Source: an uncultured Clostridium sp.
GTDB taxonomy: Bacteria > Bacillota > Clostridia > TANB77 > CAG-508
DNA length: 64,000 nucleotides
Direction of reading: 5' to 3'
NCBI GenBank assembly: GCA_900553695.1
Contig: USEM01000002.1
Location: 8,471 to 72,470, forward strand
Every line of letters starts with the position of its first letter. Positions within the stretch are counted from its first letter, which is position 1. Below are positions 49,284-60,881 of the stretch, piece after piece. The notes beneath the pieces were generated by a model that was not told the origin of the DNA, did not search any database, and saw only the letters and a program-made list of their open reading frames with translations. The translations under genes and the position numbers were made by a program.

Positions 49284-49676
49284 ATGGTTCAAAATTTTTT
49301 TAATAATTTAGATTGGATGCTACTTTTAAGAGCCTTTCTTGTAGGTGGTGCAATATGTGTTATAGGTCAAATTCTTATAGATAAAACAAAGCTTACTCCT
49401 GCAAGAATACTCGTAACTTTTGTAACAGTTGGTGCAATTTTAGGTGGTTTAGGAATTTACCAAAAGCTAGTTGATTTTGCTGGTTGTGGTGCAACAGTTC
49501 CACTAACTGGTTTTGGAAATTTACTTGCAAAAGGAGCTATAAAAAAGGCTGAAACAGATGGTTTTATTGGTGCATTTACAGGTGGTACGGCTGCCGCTGC
49601 TGGTGGAATTGCTGCTGCAATATTCTTTGGATACATTGCTTCACTTGTTGCAAAACCCAAAATGAAAAAGCAATAA
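49284..49676 (+). CDS. spoVAE: Stage V sporulation protein AE (SpoVAEb-type)
   Basis: The ORF reads LRAFLVGGAICVIGQILID...GCGATVPLTGFGN, a paralogue of SpoVAC. A ggagg RBS lies 6 nt upstream. Confidence 0.85.
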   Translation: MVQNFFNNLDWMLLLRAFLVGGAICVIGQILIDKTKLTPARILVTFVTVGAILGGLGIYQKLVDFAGCGATVPLTGFGNLLAKGAIKKAETDGFIGAFTGGTAAAAGGIAAAIFFGYIASLVAKPKMKKQ

Positions 49677-49795
49677 TATTATATTTTAGAAGAACACAGA
49701 GGGTTCTGTGTTCTTCTGTTTTATGTGAACTTGATTTTAAATTTATTATCATGTATAATATTAAAATGTATAAAATATTAAAGAGGAGCGTTAGA

Positions 49796-51508
49796 ATGAA
49801 AAAAGAAATTCAAAAATTTGATAATATAAAAGAAATCATATATCACTCTGCAACTGTTTATTCTGATAACATTGCATTTACAACTAAAATAAAAACTGAT
49901 GGTAATACTGAATATATAAACCATACATACTTTAAATTATTAGAAGATATTAACTCATTTGGAACAGCTTTATATAAACTAGGCTTGCAAGATTCAAGAG
50001 TTGCTGTAATTGGCCATAATTCATATGAATGGGCCGTTGCACATCTTAGCAATTTGCTTGGTAATATTGTATCTGTTCCTTTAGATAAAGGCTTACAACT
50101 TGGCGAGCTTGAAAATTCATTACTTAGAAGCGAAGTTCAAGCTGTTGTTTTTGATGAAAAGCTAAAAGATTTTATGAAGACCATAAAGGAAAATGGTAAA
50201 ACACATATTAAATACTTCATTTGTACTACAAAAGAACCAGACTTTCTATATTTTTATGATTTACTTAAAAGTGGTAGAAATGACTTAGAAAATGGCTACT
50301 TAGAGTATGTTGATTGCAAAATAGATTCTCAAAAAATGAGTATTTTACTTTTTACCTCTGGTACAACATCAAAATCAAAAGCAGTAATGCTTAATCAAAA
50401 TGGAATTGCAACAAATATTTATGATATGCAATTAGTAGAAACTTTCTATCCTACTGATGTTAATATTGCATTTTTACCATATCATCATATTTTTGGTTCT
50501 ACTGGAATGCTTGTTATGCTTGCCTCTGGTATGAAAACTGTTTTCCCTGATGGTTTAAAATATATTCAAAAGAACTTAGTTGAATACAAAGTTTCAGTTT
50601 TTGTTGGTGTTCCTGTTCTTATTGATAAAATGCATTCTGCAATTATGAAAGAAGTTGAAAAACAAGGCAAAACAAAACTTATAAATACAATGATACATAT
50701 TAGTAATTTCCTTATGAAGTTACACATAGATGTTAGAAGAAAGTTATTTAAACCTTTAATTAAAGCATTAGGTGGAAATATGCGTTTTATAATTTCTGGT
50801 GGTGCTCCATTAGATAAGAAAACTTCAAAATGGTTTAATGATATTGGAATACACTTAGTTCAAGGCTATGGCTTAACAGAAACTTCCCCTGTTATTGCTG
50901 CAGAAGATGATGTTTCTTTACGTACAAATTCTGTAGGTAAAATTATGAAAAGTATAGAAGTTAGAATTGAAAACAAAGATGCTGATGGAATGGGCGAAAT
51001 TGTAGTAAAAGGGCCAAATGTAATGCTTGGATATTATAACGAGCCAGAACTTACAAATGAAGTTTTGAAAAAAGGTTGGTTCCATACTGGAGATTTAGGC
51101 TATATAGATAAAGATGGATTCCTATTTATTACCGGACGAAAAAAAGATATGATAGTTTTAAGAAATGGTAAAAAAGTCTTCCCAGAAGAAATTGAAGTAT
51201 TAATAAATAGATTAGAAGAAGTTGAAGAATCTTTTGTTTATGGTATGCCAAGTAAAGATGATACAAATGATATAAAAATTGCAGCTGAAGTTGTTGTAAA
51301 TAAAACTGCTTTCAAATCTAAACACCCTGATTTAACAGAAAAAGATTATCATGATGTTATTTGGAATGAAATAAAGGAAATTAATAAAACACTTCCTATT
51401 TACAAATATATTAAACATTTAAGTTTATCAAATGAACCACTTATAAAAACTACAACAAACAAAATAAAAAGAAAAGAAGAATTAAAAAAAGTTTTAGAAA
51501 GAAAATAA
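49796..51508 (+). CDS. AMP-dependent long-chain acyl-CoA synthetase/ligase
   Basis: The AMP-binding motif LFTSGTTSKSKAV, plus GYGLTETSP and TGDLGYIDKDGFLFITGRKKD. Confidence 0.85.
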   Translation: MKKEIQKFDNIKEIIYHSATVYSDNIAFTTKIKTDGNTEYINHTYFKLLEDINSFGTALYKLGLQDSRVAVIGHNSYEWAVAHLSNLLGNIVSVPLDKGLQLGELENSLLRSEVQAVVFDEKLKDFMKTIKENGKTHIKYFICTTKEPDFLYFYDLLKSGRNDLENGYLEYVDCKIDSQKMSILLFTSGTTSKSKAVMLNQNGIATNIYDMQLVETFYPTDVNIAFLPYHHIFGSTGMLVMLASGMKTVFPDGLKYIQKNLVEYKVSVFVGVPVLIDKMHSAIMKEVEKQGKTKLINTMIHISNFLMKLHIDVRRKLFKPLIKALGGNMRFIISGGAPLDKKTSKWFNDIGIHLVQGYGLTETSPVIAAEDDVSLRTNSVGKIMKSIEVRIENKDADGMGEIVVKGPNVMLGYYNEPELTNEVLKKGWFHTGDLGYIDKDGFLFITGRKKDMIVLRNGKKVFPEEIEVLINRLEEVEESFVYGMPSKDDTNDIKIAAEVVVNKTAFKSKHPDLTEKDYHDVIWNEIKEINKTLPIYKYIKHLSLSNEPLIKTTTNKIKRKEELKKVLERK

Positions 51509-51511
51509 ATA

Positions 51512-51534
51512 AAAGCCCCTATTTTAGGGGTTTT
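51512..51534. terminator. Bidirectional terminator between the acyl-CoA ligase gene and pyrG
   Basis: Stem aaagcccct / aggggtttt with loop atttt. Confidence 0.65.
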
Positions 51535-51541
51535 ATTTATA

Positions 51542-53253
<1,712 letters not shown>

Positions 53254-53287
53254 CATTTTTTGAGAAAAAAGTTGAAATTATAGTTAC

Positions 53288-53725
53288 TTATCCACAATGT
53301 TCACAATGATGTTCTTTTAAATTACATTTTGCTTTTATTTCTTCTTCTGTTAGTTTTCCTTCTCTTCTATAATAGTCCGCTATTGCTTCATGTATTGCTT
53401 CTTCTGCTAATACTGAGCAGTGTAGTTTTACTGGTGGTAGGCCGTCTAATGCTTTTACTACATCACTGTTTTTAAGTGCAAGTGCTTCTTCTACAGTTTT
53501 ACCTTTGATCATTTCTGTTGATATACTACTTGTTGCTATTGCTGCTCCACAGCCAAATGTTTTGAATTTTACATCTGTTATTATATTATTTTCAACCTTT
53601 ATAAATATTTTCATAATATCCCCGCAGACAGGGTTTCCAACTTCTCCTATGCCTGATGCATCTTCTATTTTTCCAACATTTCTGGGGTGTGTGTAATGGT
53701 CTACAACTTTATCTGAATAATCCAT
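53288..53725 (-). CDS. iscU: Fe-S cluster assembly scaffold protein (IscU/NifU-like)
   Basis: The ORF reads HYTHPRNVG...GNPVCGD...FKTFGCGAAIA...LPPVKLHCS. Confidence 0.9.
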   Translation of the reverse strand: MDYSDKVVDHYTHPRNVGKIEDASGIGEVGNPVCGDIMKIFIKVENNIITDVKFKTFGCGAAIATSSISTEMIKGKTVEEALALKNSDVVKALDGLPPVKLHCSVLAEEAIHEAIADYYRREGKLTEEEIKAKCNLKEHHCEHCG

Positions 53726-54907
53726 TTAAACTTTTCCTCCTTCTATAAATTCTTCCCATAATGGTGACATTTCTCTTAGCCTATTTACTATTTCTACTAG
53801 GTTTTCTACTAAATAATCTATTTCCTCTTTGGTGTTATATTTTCCTATTGAAATTCTAAGTGAACCATGCGCAATTTCATGTGGCAAGCCTATTGCAAGC
53901 AATACATGTGATGGGTCTAAAGAGCCTGATGTACATGCACTTCCACTTGATGCACATATTCCTTTTAAGTCTAGGTTTAAAAGCAAGCCTTCTCCTTCGA
54001 TAAATCTAAAAGAAATATTGCTGTTACCAGGAAGCCTATTATTTATATCTCCATTTATCTTCATATATGGTATTTTTGCTTTTACTTCTGATTCGTAATA
54101 ATCCCTAAGTTCTTTGATTTTCTTGTTATGCTCGTCCATTGTATTATATGCACGTTCCAAAGCACTTGCTAACCCTACTATTCCTGGTACATTTTCTGTT
54201 CCCGCTCTTTTATTTCTTTCTTGATGTCCTCCTGCTACAAATTTTTGGAAGTTAACACCAGTTCTCATATAAAGAACACCTATACCTTTTGGTCCATAGA
54301 ATTTGTGTCCAGATAAAGATAAACTATCAATATTTAACTCTTGAACATTAATTTTTAGATTTCCTACAGCTTGTACTGCATCTGTGTGGAAATAGATTTT
54401 GTGTTCTTTTGCAATTTTTCCTATTTCTTTTATTGGTTCAATTGTTCCTATCTCGTTATTTGCAAACATTACTGAAATTAATATTGTTGTTGGTCTTATT
54501 GCATTTTTTAGTTGTTCTAAATTAATTTGACCATTTTCATCAACTGAAATATAGCTTACTTCAAAGCCTTCTTTTTCAAGTTCTTTACATGTTTCTAAAA
54601 TTGCAGGGTGTTCTATTTTTGAAGTAATAATGTGATTTCCTTTATTTTTATTTGCATGAGCAATTCCTTTAATAGCTGTGTTATCACTTTCACTTCCTCC
54701 TGCTGTAAAATAAATTTCTGTAGGTTTGCAATTTAAAACCTTTGCAACCTTTTCTCTTGCTTCCTCAACAGCTTTTCTTGATTCTCTACCAAGTTTATAT
54801 ATAGAAGAAGCATTGCCATAATACTCTGTTAAATATGGCATCATATCTTCTAAAACCTTTTCATCTAATTTTGTTGTAGCACTATTATCAAAATATACGT
54901 TTTCCAT
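53726..54907 (-). CDS. iscS: Cysteine desulfurase (NifS/IscS)
   Basis: The ORF reads YFDNSATT...SGHKFYGPKGIG...SSGSACTSG. Confidence 0.9.
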   Translation of the reverse strand: MENVYFDNSATTKLDEKVLEDMMPYLTEYYGNASSIYKLGRESRKAVEEAREKVAKVLNCKPTEIYFTAGGSESDNTAIKGIAHANKNKGNHIITSKIEHPAILETCKELEKEGFEVSYISVDENGQINLEQLKNAIRPTTILISVMFANNEIGTIEPIKEIGKIAKEHKIYFHTDAVQAVGNLKINVQELNIDSLSLSGHKFYGPKGIGVLYMRTGVNFQKFVAGGHQERNKRAGTENVPGIVGLASALERAYNTMDEHNKKIKELRDYYESEVKAKIPYMKINGDINNRLPGNSNISFRFIEGEGLLLNLDLKGICASSGSACTSGSLDPSHVLLAIGLPHEIAHGSLRISIGKYNTKEEIDYLVENLVEIVNRLREMSPLWEEFIEGGKV

Positions 54908-55032
54908 AATTCTCCTCTTTTCATACTAAGCTAGTATGAATTATACAACTTAATTCCTACTTTGTCAATAGGTTTTAAGAGAAAATTTTATGCCTTAATA
55001 AGTTTTCTTCTTAAAAAGGCATGTTTTTGCTT

Positions 55033-55431
55033 TTATTTTAATAAATCTTCCAATGTTTTGCTATCTATGTAGTCATTTATAACATCATCTAAACCTTTCC
55101 AAAATGAATAGGTTTTGCATATTTGTTTTCTTTGGCAAACTCCATCTTCTGTTAAGCAAATTATTGGTGCTAGGTCTCCTTCTGTTGCTCTTAGAATATC
55201 TCCTACTATATAGTCTTTTGGCTCTTTTGCAAGTTTATATCCACCTGAATTTCCTCTGGCTATTTCTAAAAAACCTGCTTTGTTTAGTAGTGCAACTATT
55301 TGTTCTAAATATTTAACTGTTATATCTTGCCTTTTGGCTATTTCTTTTAGTGCTATAAAGTTTCCGTCTGAATTTAATGCTAAATCTATCATTACTCTTA
55401 AGGCATATCTGCCTTTTGTTGATATTTTCAT
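55033..55431 (-). CDS. Rrf2-family transcriptional regulator (IscR/CymR-like)
   Basis: The ORF starts MKISTKGRYALRVMIDLA. It has a three-Cys cluster (CLTEDGVCQRKQIC) and an aggagg RBS. Confidence 0.85.
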   Translation of the reverse strand: MKISTKGRYALRVMIDLALNSDGNFIALKEIAKRQDITVKYLEQIVALLNKAGFLEIARGNSGGYKLAKEPKDYIVGDILRATEGDLAPIICLTEDGVCQRKQICKTYSFWKGLDDVINDYIDSKTLEDLLK

Positions 55432-55528
55432 TTTGTGCCTCCTATATTTCATACTACTATTGTATGATATCACAAAAGCGGATAATTATCAACTAATTAT
55501 CCGCTTCTATTATTAAATTTCAAAAGTT

Positions 55529-56779
55529 TTATCCATTAAATTCAACTTTTTTGCCATCTACAATTTTTGAAACAAGCATTGCAGAGCTTGTGTTTCCAAC
55601 AACATTTAGCATTGTTGCTGGGCAATCTATGATTGTTGCAATTACTGTAAGTATTGGTAATGCTGCAGCTGGATATCCCATCATGGTGATTATCATCATT
55701 TCTGAAATTGTTCCTCCACCAATTGGAACTGCTGTAACTAATAATGTTGCAACTAGAGAAACTAGTAAAATTTGCATAACTCCTCCAAATGTTGCTACAT
55801 TTGTTCCAAATAAACATACTAGGAACATTACTTTAAACACTGAACCAATAATGCTTCCATCTTTATGTAAGTTTGTACCTAATGGTATAGATGTTTCTGC
55901 TATATCTTTTGAAACTCCCATCTTTTCAGTTGCTTCAATATTAACTGGAATTGAAGCACCACTTGAGCATGTTGCAAGAGCTGTTACTGTTGGTGGTATT
56001 ACATGTTTCCAAAAAGCTTTAACTCCTTTTTTCTTTCCAGCAATAAATGCATAAATTGTGTACATTGCAAAGTAGTAAACTACTGATACAACTAAGTAAA
56101 TTACAAATGTTTTTGCGTAACCTAGAGCAACACTTGCTCCAAAGCTACCAACTATTGCTGCGAAATAGCATCCTAAACCAATTGGCGCATAATACATAAC
56201 TATTTTCAACAAATTCATTATAACTTCTGTTGCAGATTCTAAGAAATCTTGTACAGGCTTTGCTTTTTCACCTGACATTTTAATTGCACATCCAAATAGT
56301 ATTGAGAAAATTACAAGAGCTATTAAATTATTTTTTGAAAGTAGTCCTGTAAAGTCTGATACTGTAATTGCAGAAACTGTTCTTTCAAGAATGTTTAAAT
56401 CTTCTGTTTTTTTAACTTCTTCTTGGTTTTCTTCTAAAGAAGCTAAAATTTTTTGGCCATCTTCTACATTTACTAATTTAATAAATATTGTGCTAAGTAG
56501 ACCTACAACAACTGCGATTATTGATGTTATAACAATAACTAGAATAATTGACCCCATAATTTTGCCTAAACGTTTTGGTTGTTTTATTCTTGCAATTGAA
56601 GTGCTGATTGTTAAAAATACCAATGGTACTATTATAACAAACATTAAATTTAAGAAAATGTCTCCAAATGGACTTAAAACGGTTGCACCCTCCTTCCATA
56701 TTAAACCTATTATTGCCCCTATAATTATAGAAACTAGCAATATTACTGTCTGACCATAATGCTTGAAAAACTCTTTCAT
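55529..56779 (-). CDS. Dicarboxylate/amino acid:cation symporter (DAACS family)
   Basis: A polytopic ORF of ~416 aa. The segments ATCSSGASIPV and GTNLHKDGS resemble the conserved DAACS hairpin regions. Confidence 0.75.
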   Translation of the reverse strand: MKEFFKHYGQTVILLVSIIIGAIIGLIWKEGATVLSPFGDIFLNLMFVIIVPLVFLTISTSIARIKQPKRLGKIMGSIILVIVITSIIAVVVGLLSTIFIKLVNVEDGQKILASLEENQEEVKKTEDLNILERTVSAITVSDFTGLLSKNNLIALVIFSILFGCAIKMSGEKAKPVQDFLESATEVIMNLLKIVMYYAPIGLGCYFAAIVGSFGASVALGYAKTFVIYLVVSVVYYFAMYTIYAFIAGKKKGVKAFWKHVIPPTVTALATCSSGASIPVNIEATEKMGVSKDIAETSIPLGTNLHKDGSIIGSVFKVMFLVCLFGTNVATFGGVMQILLVSLVATLLVTAVPIGGGTISEMMIITMMGYPAAALPILTVIATIIDCPATMLNVVGNTSSAMLVSKIVDGKKVEFNG

Positions 56780-56942
56780 AGGTTCTCCTCCTTCCAATCC
56801 ATTTTCTATATTATATACAAAAAGCTAAATAATGATTACTATTATTATAACTTCTTATATACGTTTAATATTATATCATACCCAATCATACTTTGAAAAG
56901 ACCTAAATCGATAAAATTTGCCTTCTTTATTTTATAGCAAAA

Positions 56943-56971
56943 AATAACAGGAGTTTTTTACTCCTGTTATT
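56943..56971 (-). terminator. Terminator downstream of the 57.0-57.36 kb gene
   Basis: Stem aataacaggag / ctcctgttatt followed on the minus strand by tttttt. Confidence 0.65.
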
Positions 56972-56978
56972 CAGTAGA

Positions 56979-57359
56979 TTAATGAATTTTTAAAGATGTG
57001 ATAACAACATTCATATCTTTAAATGTTCTACAAACAAATTTGTCTTTTACATCAACCCACTTATCGGCTCCGATACGGCCAATTGCCATGATGTTGCCAT
57101 TTCTGTCGTGCATTACTGCAACTCTGTCTCCATCATGAATCCAGGCTTCTTTGAATGCCATCTTGAACTTGTTGCATACATCTTCTGCTTTTTCTTCTTC
57201 CTCATCCAAATAGATTGTCGACAAATTCAGGAAGCCAAGGTATGAAGCTTCCTCAAAAGTAAGTCTCCATGCCCAAAAGCATCGATGTTCAAACCAGTAT
57301 GGCTTTTCATTCAAACCTCTTATCCGAGCCGTTGAAATACCTACTTCTTTAAATCTCAT
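56979..57359 (-). CDS. Hypothetical 126-aa protein, visibly GC-richer and foreign-looking
   Basis: An aggagg RBS lies 9 nt upstream. The ORF starts MRFKEVGISTARIRGLNEKPYWFEHRC... and has an in-frame CGG at 57324-57326 (codon 12) without loss of frame. Confidence 0.55.
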   Translation of the reverse strand: MRFKEVGISTARIRGLNEKPYWFEHRCFWAWRLTFEEASYLGFLNLSTIYLDEEEEKAEDVCNKFKMAFKEAWIHDGDRVAVMHDRNGNIMAIGRIGADKWVDVKDKFVCRTFKDMNVVITSLKIH

Positions 57360-57480
57360 TTTGTTTTTTCCTCCTCGTGTTTTTTTCGGTATTTTTTCAA
57401 ACTTTGACTTCTCGCCACTATACAAATTATACCATACTTTACATAATATTTCAATTTTTAACTTGTTGTTCACTTTAGTA

Positions 57481-58044
57481 TTACTTTTTCTTTCTTACTG
57501 AATATCCAAATGTTCCCACTTGCTTTCCCATCTCGAAATATCTGCCATTTGCATATGCAATTAGGTCACACTTTGAAATATCAAAAGCACCTTTTCCATC
57601 TATGTATTTTTCATCTGCATCTATTGATAATACATCAGCTATAAACATATCGTGTGACCCTAAAGGTCTTATTTCTTTTACTTTACATTCAATTGTTACA
57701 GGGCTTTCTTCAATTCCTGGGCAATTTATGTGATTAAGTTTTTGTTTTGTTAAATGCATTTCTTTAAATTTATCAACATCTCTGCCAGACTTTACTCCAC
57801 ACCAATCTGTTGCAAATACTAGTTTAAAGTTTGTTAAATTTATTGCAAATTCTCCTGTTTTTTTTATAATATCATGTGAATATCTTTCTGGTCTTACTGA
57901 TATATAGACTTGTGCAGGGTTTGTATTTAAAATGCCTGTCCATGCAACTGTTATAATATTTGAATTTTTCATATCTCCAGAAGTTACCATTACTGCTGGA
58001 ATTGGGTATACAAATGTACCTGGTTTCCATTCAACCTTACTCAT
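57481..58044 (-). CDS. Flavin reductase-like (FMN-binding split-barrel) protein
   Basis: The ORF reads MSKVEWKPGTFVYPIPAVMVTSGDMKNSNIITVAWTG, with a gaaggagg RBS. Confidence 0.7.
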   Translation of the reverse strand: MSKVEWKPGTFVYPIPAVMVTSGDMKNSNIITVAWTGILNTNPAQVYISVRPERYSHDIIKKTGEFAINLTNFKLVFATDWCGVKSGRDVDKFKEMHLTKQKLNHINCPGIEESPVTIECKVKEIRPLGSHDMFIADVLSIDADEKYIDGKGAFDISKCDLIAYANGRYFEMGKQVGTFGYSVRKKK

Positions 58045-58939
58045 TTTTAAAACCTCCTTCAAAATCTGGAACATACTCTTCCTCGTGTTCTCCGAGTTCT
58101 TGAATATATCCATTATCTAAATCTAATGAATATAAATAATTTTCAATTTCTTCGTATTCTTCTTTTGTAAGTTTCCTATTTATTTCTGGAAAATCTTTTG
58201 CCTTATTTGTTGGAAAATATTGTGCCATTACACTTACAAAAACCTTTTTATCTATATTATCATTAATCCATTTTAAAACGTCTTTTGAATTCTGTAGGTT
58301 ATTTGGTAGTACCAAATGCCTTATTATTAGGCCCTTTTTCATCATTCCGTTTTCGTCCAGAACTGGGCTTCCTACTTGATTATACATTTCCTTAATTGCA
58401 GATGCTGCATTTTCGAAATAGTTCTTTACACCTGAGTACTTAAATGCTAAATCATCATCATAATATTTTAAGTCTGGCAAATAAATGTCAATATATCCAT
58501 CTAGTTTCTTTATAGTTTCAACATTTTCGTATCCATTTGAATTATATACTATTGGAATTTTAAGCCCTTTATTTTTTGCAATTTTAATTGTTTCAATTAT
58601 GTGATAAACATACATTGTTGGTGTAACTAAATTTATATTTTCAGCATTTTTGTTCTGTTCATCTATAAAAATCTCAGCAAGTTCTTCTATACTAATTTCT
58701 CTACCTAAGCCTTGTTGGCTGATTTTATAATTCTGGCAAAATACACAGTTCATATTACAGTTTGAGAAAAACACAGTTCCTGAGCCATTTTCTCCACTAA
58801 TGCATGGTTCTTCAAAATTATGTATTGATGCCATTGCAAGTTTTATATTACCATTTGATTTGCATCTTCCTATATTTCCATTTAATCTATTTACACCACA
58901 ATTGTGTGGGCAAATTTTGCATTTTTCTAATTCTTGCAT
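58037..58939 (-). CDS. Radical SAM protein (PflA/activase-like)
   Basis: The ORF carries CPHNCGVNR and a CNMNCVFCQN (CxxxCxxC) motif. An aggaga RBS lies 6 nt before the ATG at 58939. Confidence 0.75.
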   Translation of the reverse strand: MQELEKCKICPHNCGVNRLNGNIGRCKSNGNIKLAMASIHNFEEPCISGENGSGTVFFSNCNMNCVFCQNYKISQQGLGREISIEELAEIFIDEQNKNAENINLVTPTMYVYHIIETIKIAKNKGLKIPIVYNSNGYENVETIKKLDGYIDIYLPDLKYYDDDLAFKYSGVKNYFENAASAIKEMYNQVGSPVLDENGMMKKGLIIRHLVLPNNLQNSKDVLKWINDNIDKKVFVSVMAQYFPTNKAKDFPEINRKLTKEEYEEIENYLYSLDLDNGYIQELGEHEEEYVPDFEGGFKNE

Positions 58940-59049
58940 ATATTGTCTCCTATTATACTTTACATATATTTTATACCATAAATCACACGGAAAGTAAATA
59001 TATATACAAAAACTCCCTCTTGATATTACTACCAAGAAGGAGTATTTAA

Positions 59050-59322
59050 CTAACAAGGTCTAGTATTTTTTCTGCATTTACAAATGCTTAAAATTATTGT
59101 TAATACAAGAAGTATTGCAAGAATGATTGCTAAAACTATTATTGCTGCTAGTGCGGCTAATATTGTTGATGCAACTTCTGCTCCAATTATAATGCCTAAA
59201 ACTAATGCTAGTAGTACTCCTAGTATTGCAGCTATAATTCCTAAACAATTATTTTTCTTGCATTTTGGTTTCTGTTCGTAACAATAACCATATTCTATAG
59301 ATTCCATATACCTCAACTCCAT
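59050..59322 (-). CDS. Small Cys-flanked membrane protein (hypothetical)
   Basis: A 90-aa ORF. A long Ala/Ile/Leu hydrophobic stretch is flanked by CYEQKPKCKKNNC and CKCRKNTRPC. Confidence 0.45.
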   Translation of the reverse strand: MELRYMESIEYGYCYEQKPKCKKNNCLGIIAAILGVLLALVLGIIIGAEVASTILAALAAIIVLAIILAILLVLTIILSICKCRKNTRPC

Positions 59323-59555
59323 ATAACACCAAATTTAGTGTTATACTATATTGTATGCAATTTAGTTGTTTTTGTTACGATAGGTCGCAAAAAAGTAGCA
59401 ATTTATTAATTACTACTTTTTTTCTTGTGGCTCCTTTGGTGAACAAGTATGCGAACTTTATACACACGAATTTTTAGCCATCTATCTTGATTTAATTTTG
59501 TTCAAATTGATAGTTTTAATTTAACATAACTTTTTATTTTTTTCAAGTTAATTTA

Positions 59556-60875
59556 TTAAAAAGGTAACTCAAATTTATTATTTTTCATTACCTTTTCTAA
59601 AACATTCTTAGATTCTACATCTAAATTAGTTAGTTGTTCAATATATTCATCTTTCATCTTATATTCTTTTGGATTCCCATATGAAGTTGTACTTAGCACT
59701 TCTACCAATCCATGATAAATTACAATTCTTAATGCTGTATCATAATTTCTAGATAATTTAGAATTCAAAGTATTATCTTCTTCCCATAAACGTATTTTTT
59801 CTATTTCTTCACTCGCTTTCCATCTATCGCCTAATGTGAAAGAATACGTATCTAATATATATTTAAATAATAAAGCTTCAATTTCCTTGAATCCATCACT
59901 TTTTATTAACATCTCAATTTTATTTTCAGAAGGATTCTCTATTTGAGAGATTGAATTATTAACGACTCTTTCATATTTTGCTTTGATATTTTCAATTATT
60001 TCTTTCCCATATTTACTCATAGAAATTAAATCTCTAAATATGTTTATATCTAATTCACATCCAGCATACTCTTCATTGCAATTGGTATAATCATATTCAT
60101 AAGTAATATATCCACTCTTTTCCAAAGTTATTTTGGCTTTCTCATAATCAAAATCATATTTTTTTGCATATTCTTTTATTTTTAATAAGTCTTCTGATTC
60201 ATCAACATTTTGTGTTCCATAATCATATGTACTACAGTCGTTTAACTGATTTATTCTATTTTCAATAAAATAATTTAAAAATAATATTTCTTCATCAGTA
60301 AATTTATTATTTATAATCATCTTTTCAAAATCTGATATTTCTTGATCTTCTATCACAAATTCACTTGTTTTCTCTGCCATTTGATTTGCTTCAGTAATAA
60401 AATCATTAAATATTTCTTTCACACCTTTTACTAAATTAGGTTTTTCTATATAATCTTTTAAATATTTAAGCAATTTATATGTCTCATCTGCATTTGGTTT
60501 AAAAGCAATATAATGGCTATCTATAAAACCTTTCATATCATTATATGTTAAATTATTCAATAATATTGGTATGAACTTTTTATTAGAACACCACACTGCC
60601 CCCATTTCATTTAAGCAAAATTCACTTTTATAAAAATTAGGTGTCAACAAAAAAATAACTATTTCTGCTACATTAAGAGCTTTTTTTACTTCATCATGAA
60701 AATTTTTTCCTAGTTGCACTCCAGTATGATATGAAGATGAATAAAAAACATTTTTTTTATTTATCCCTAATTCTATTAATGCTTCAAGAAATCTTTCTCC
60801 TATTGGTGCATCTAAAGAAGCATGGCTAATAAAAATTTTTGGCAATATATCTTCTTCCATTTGTTTTCCTTTCAT
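59556..60875 (-). CDS. TIR-domain protein with a ~290-aa uncharacterised C-terminal region
   Basis: The N-terminus reads KIFISHASLDAPIGERFLEAL...IVIFLLTPNFYKSEFCLNEMGAVW...FIPILL, which matches TIR/TIR_2 strand-helix order with a candidate catalytic Glu. No family was recognised for the C-terminus. Confidence 0.65.
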   Translation of the reverse strand: MKGKQMEEDILPKIFISHASLDAPIGERFLEALIELGINKKNVFYSSSYHTGVQLGKNFHDEVKKALNVAEIVIFLLTPNFYKSEFCLNEMGAVWCSNKKFIPILLNNLTYNDMKGFIDSHYIAFKPNADETYKLLKYLKDYIEKPNLVKGVKEIFNDFITEANQMAEKTSEFVIEDQEISDFEKMIINNKFTDEEILFLNYFIENRINQLNDCSTYDYGTQNVDESEDLLKIKEYAKKYDFDYEKAKITLEKSGYITYEYDYTNCNEEYAGCELDINIFRDLISMSKYGKEIIENIKAKYERVVNNSISQIENPSENKIEMLIKSDGFKEIEALLFKYILDTYSFTLGDRWKASEEIEKIRLWEEDNTLNSKLSRNYDTALRIVIYHGLVEVLSTTSYGNPKEYKMKDEYIEQLTNLDVESKNVLEKVMKNNKFELPF

Positions 60876-60881
60876 TACATT

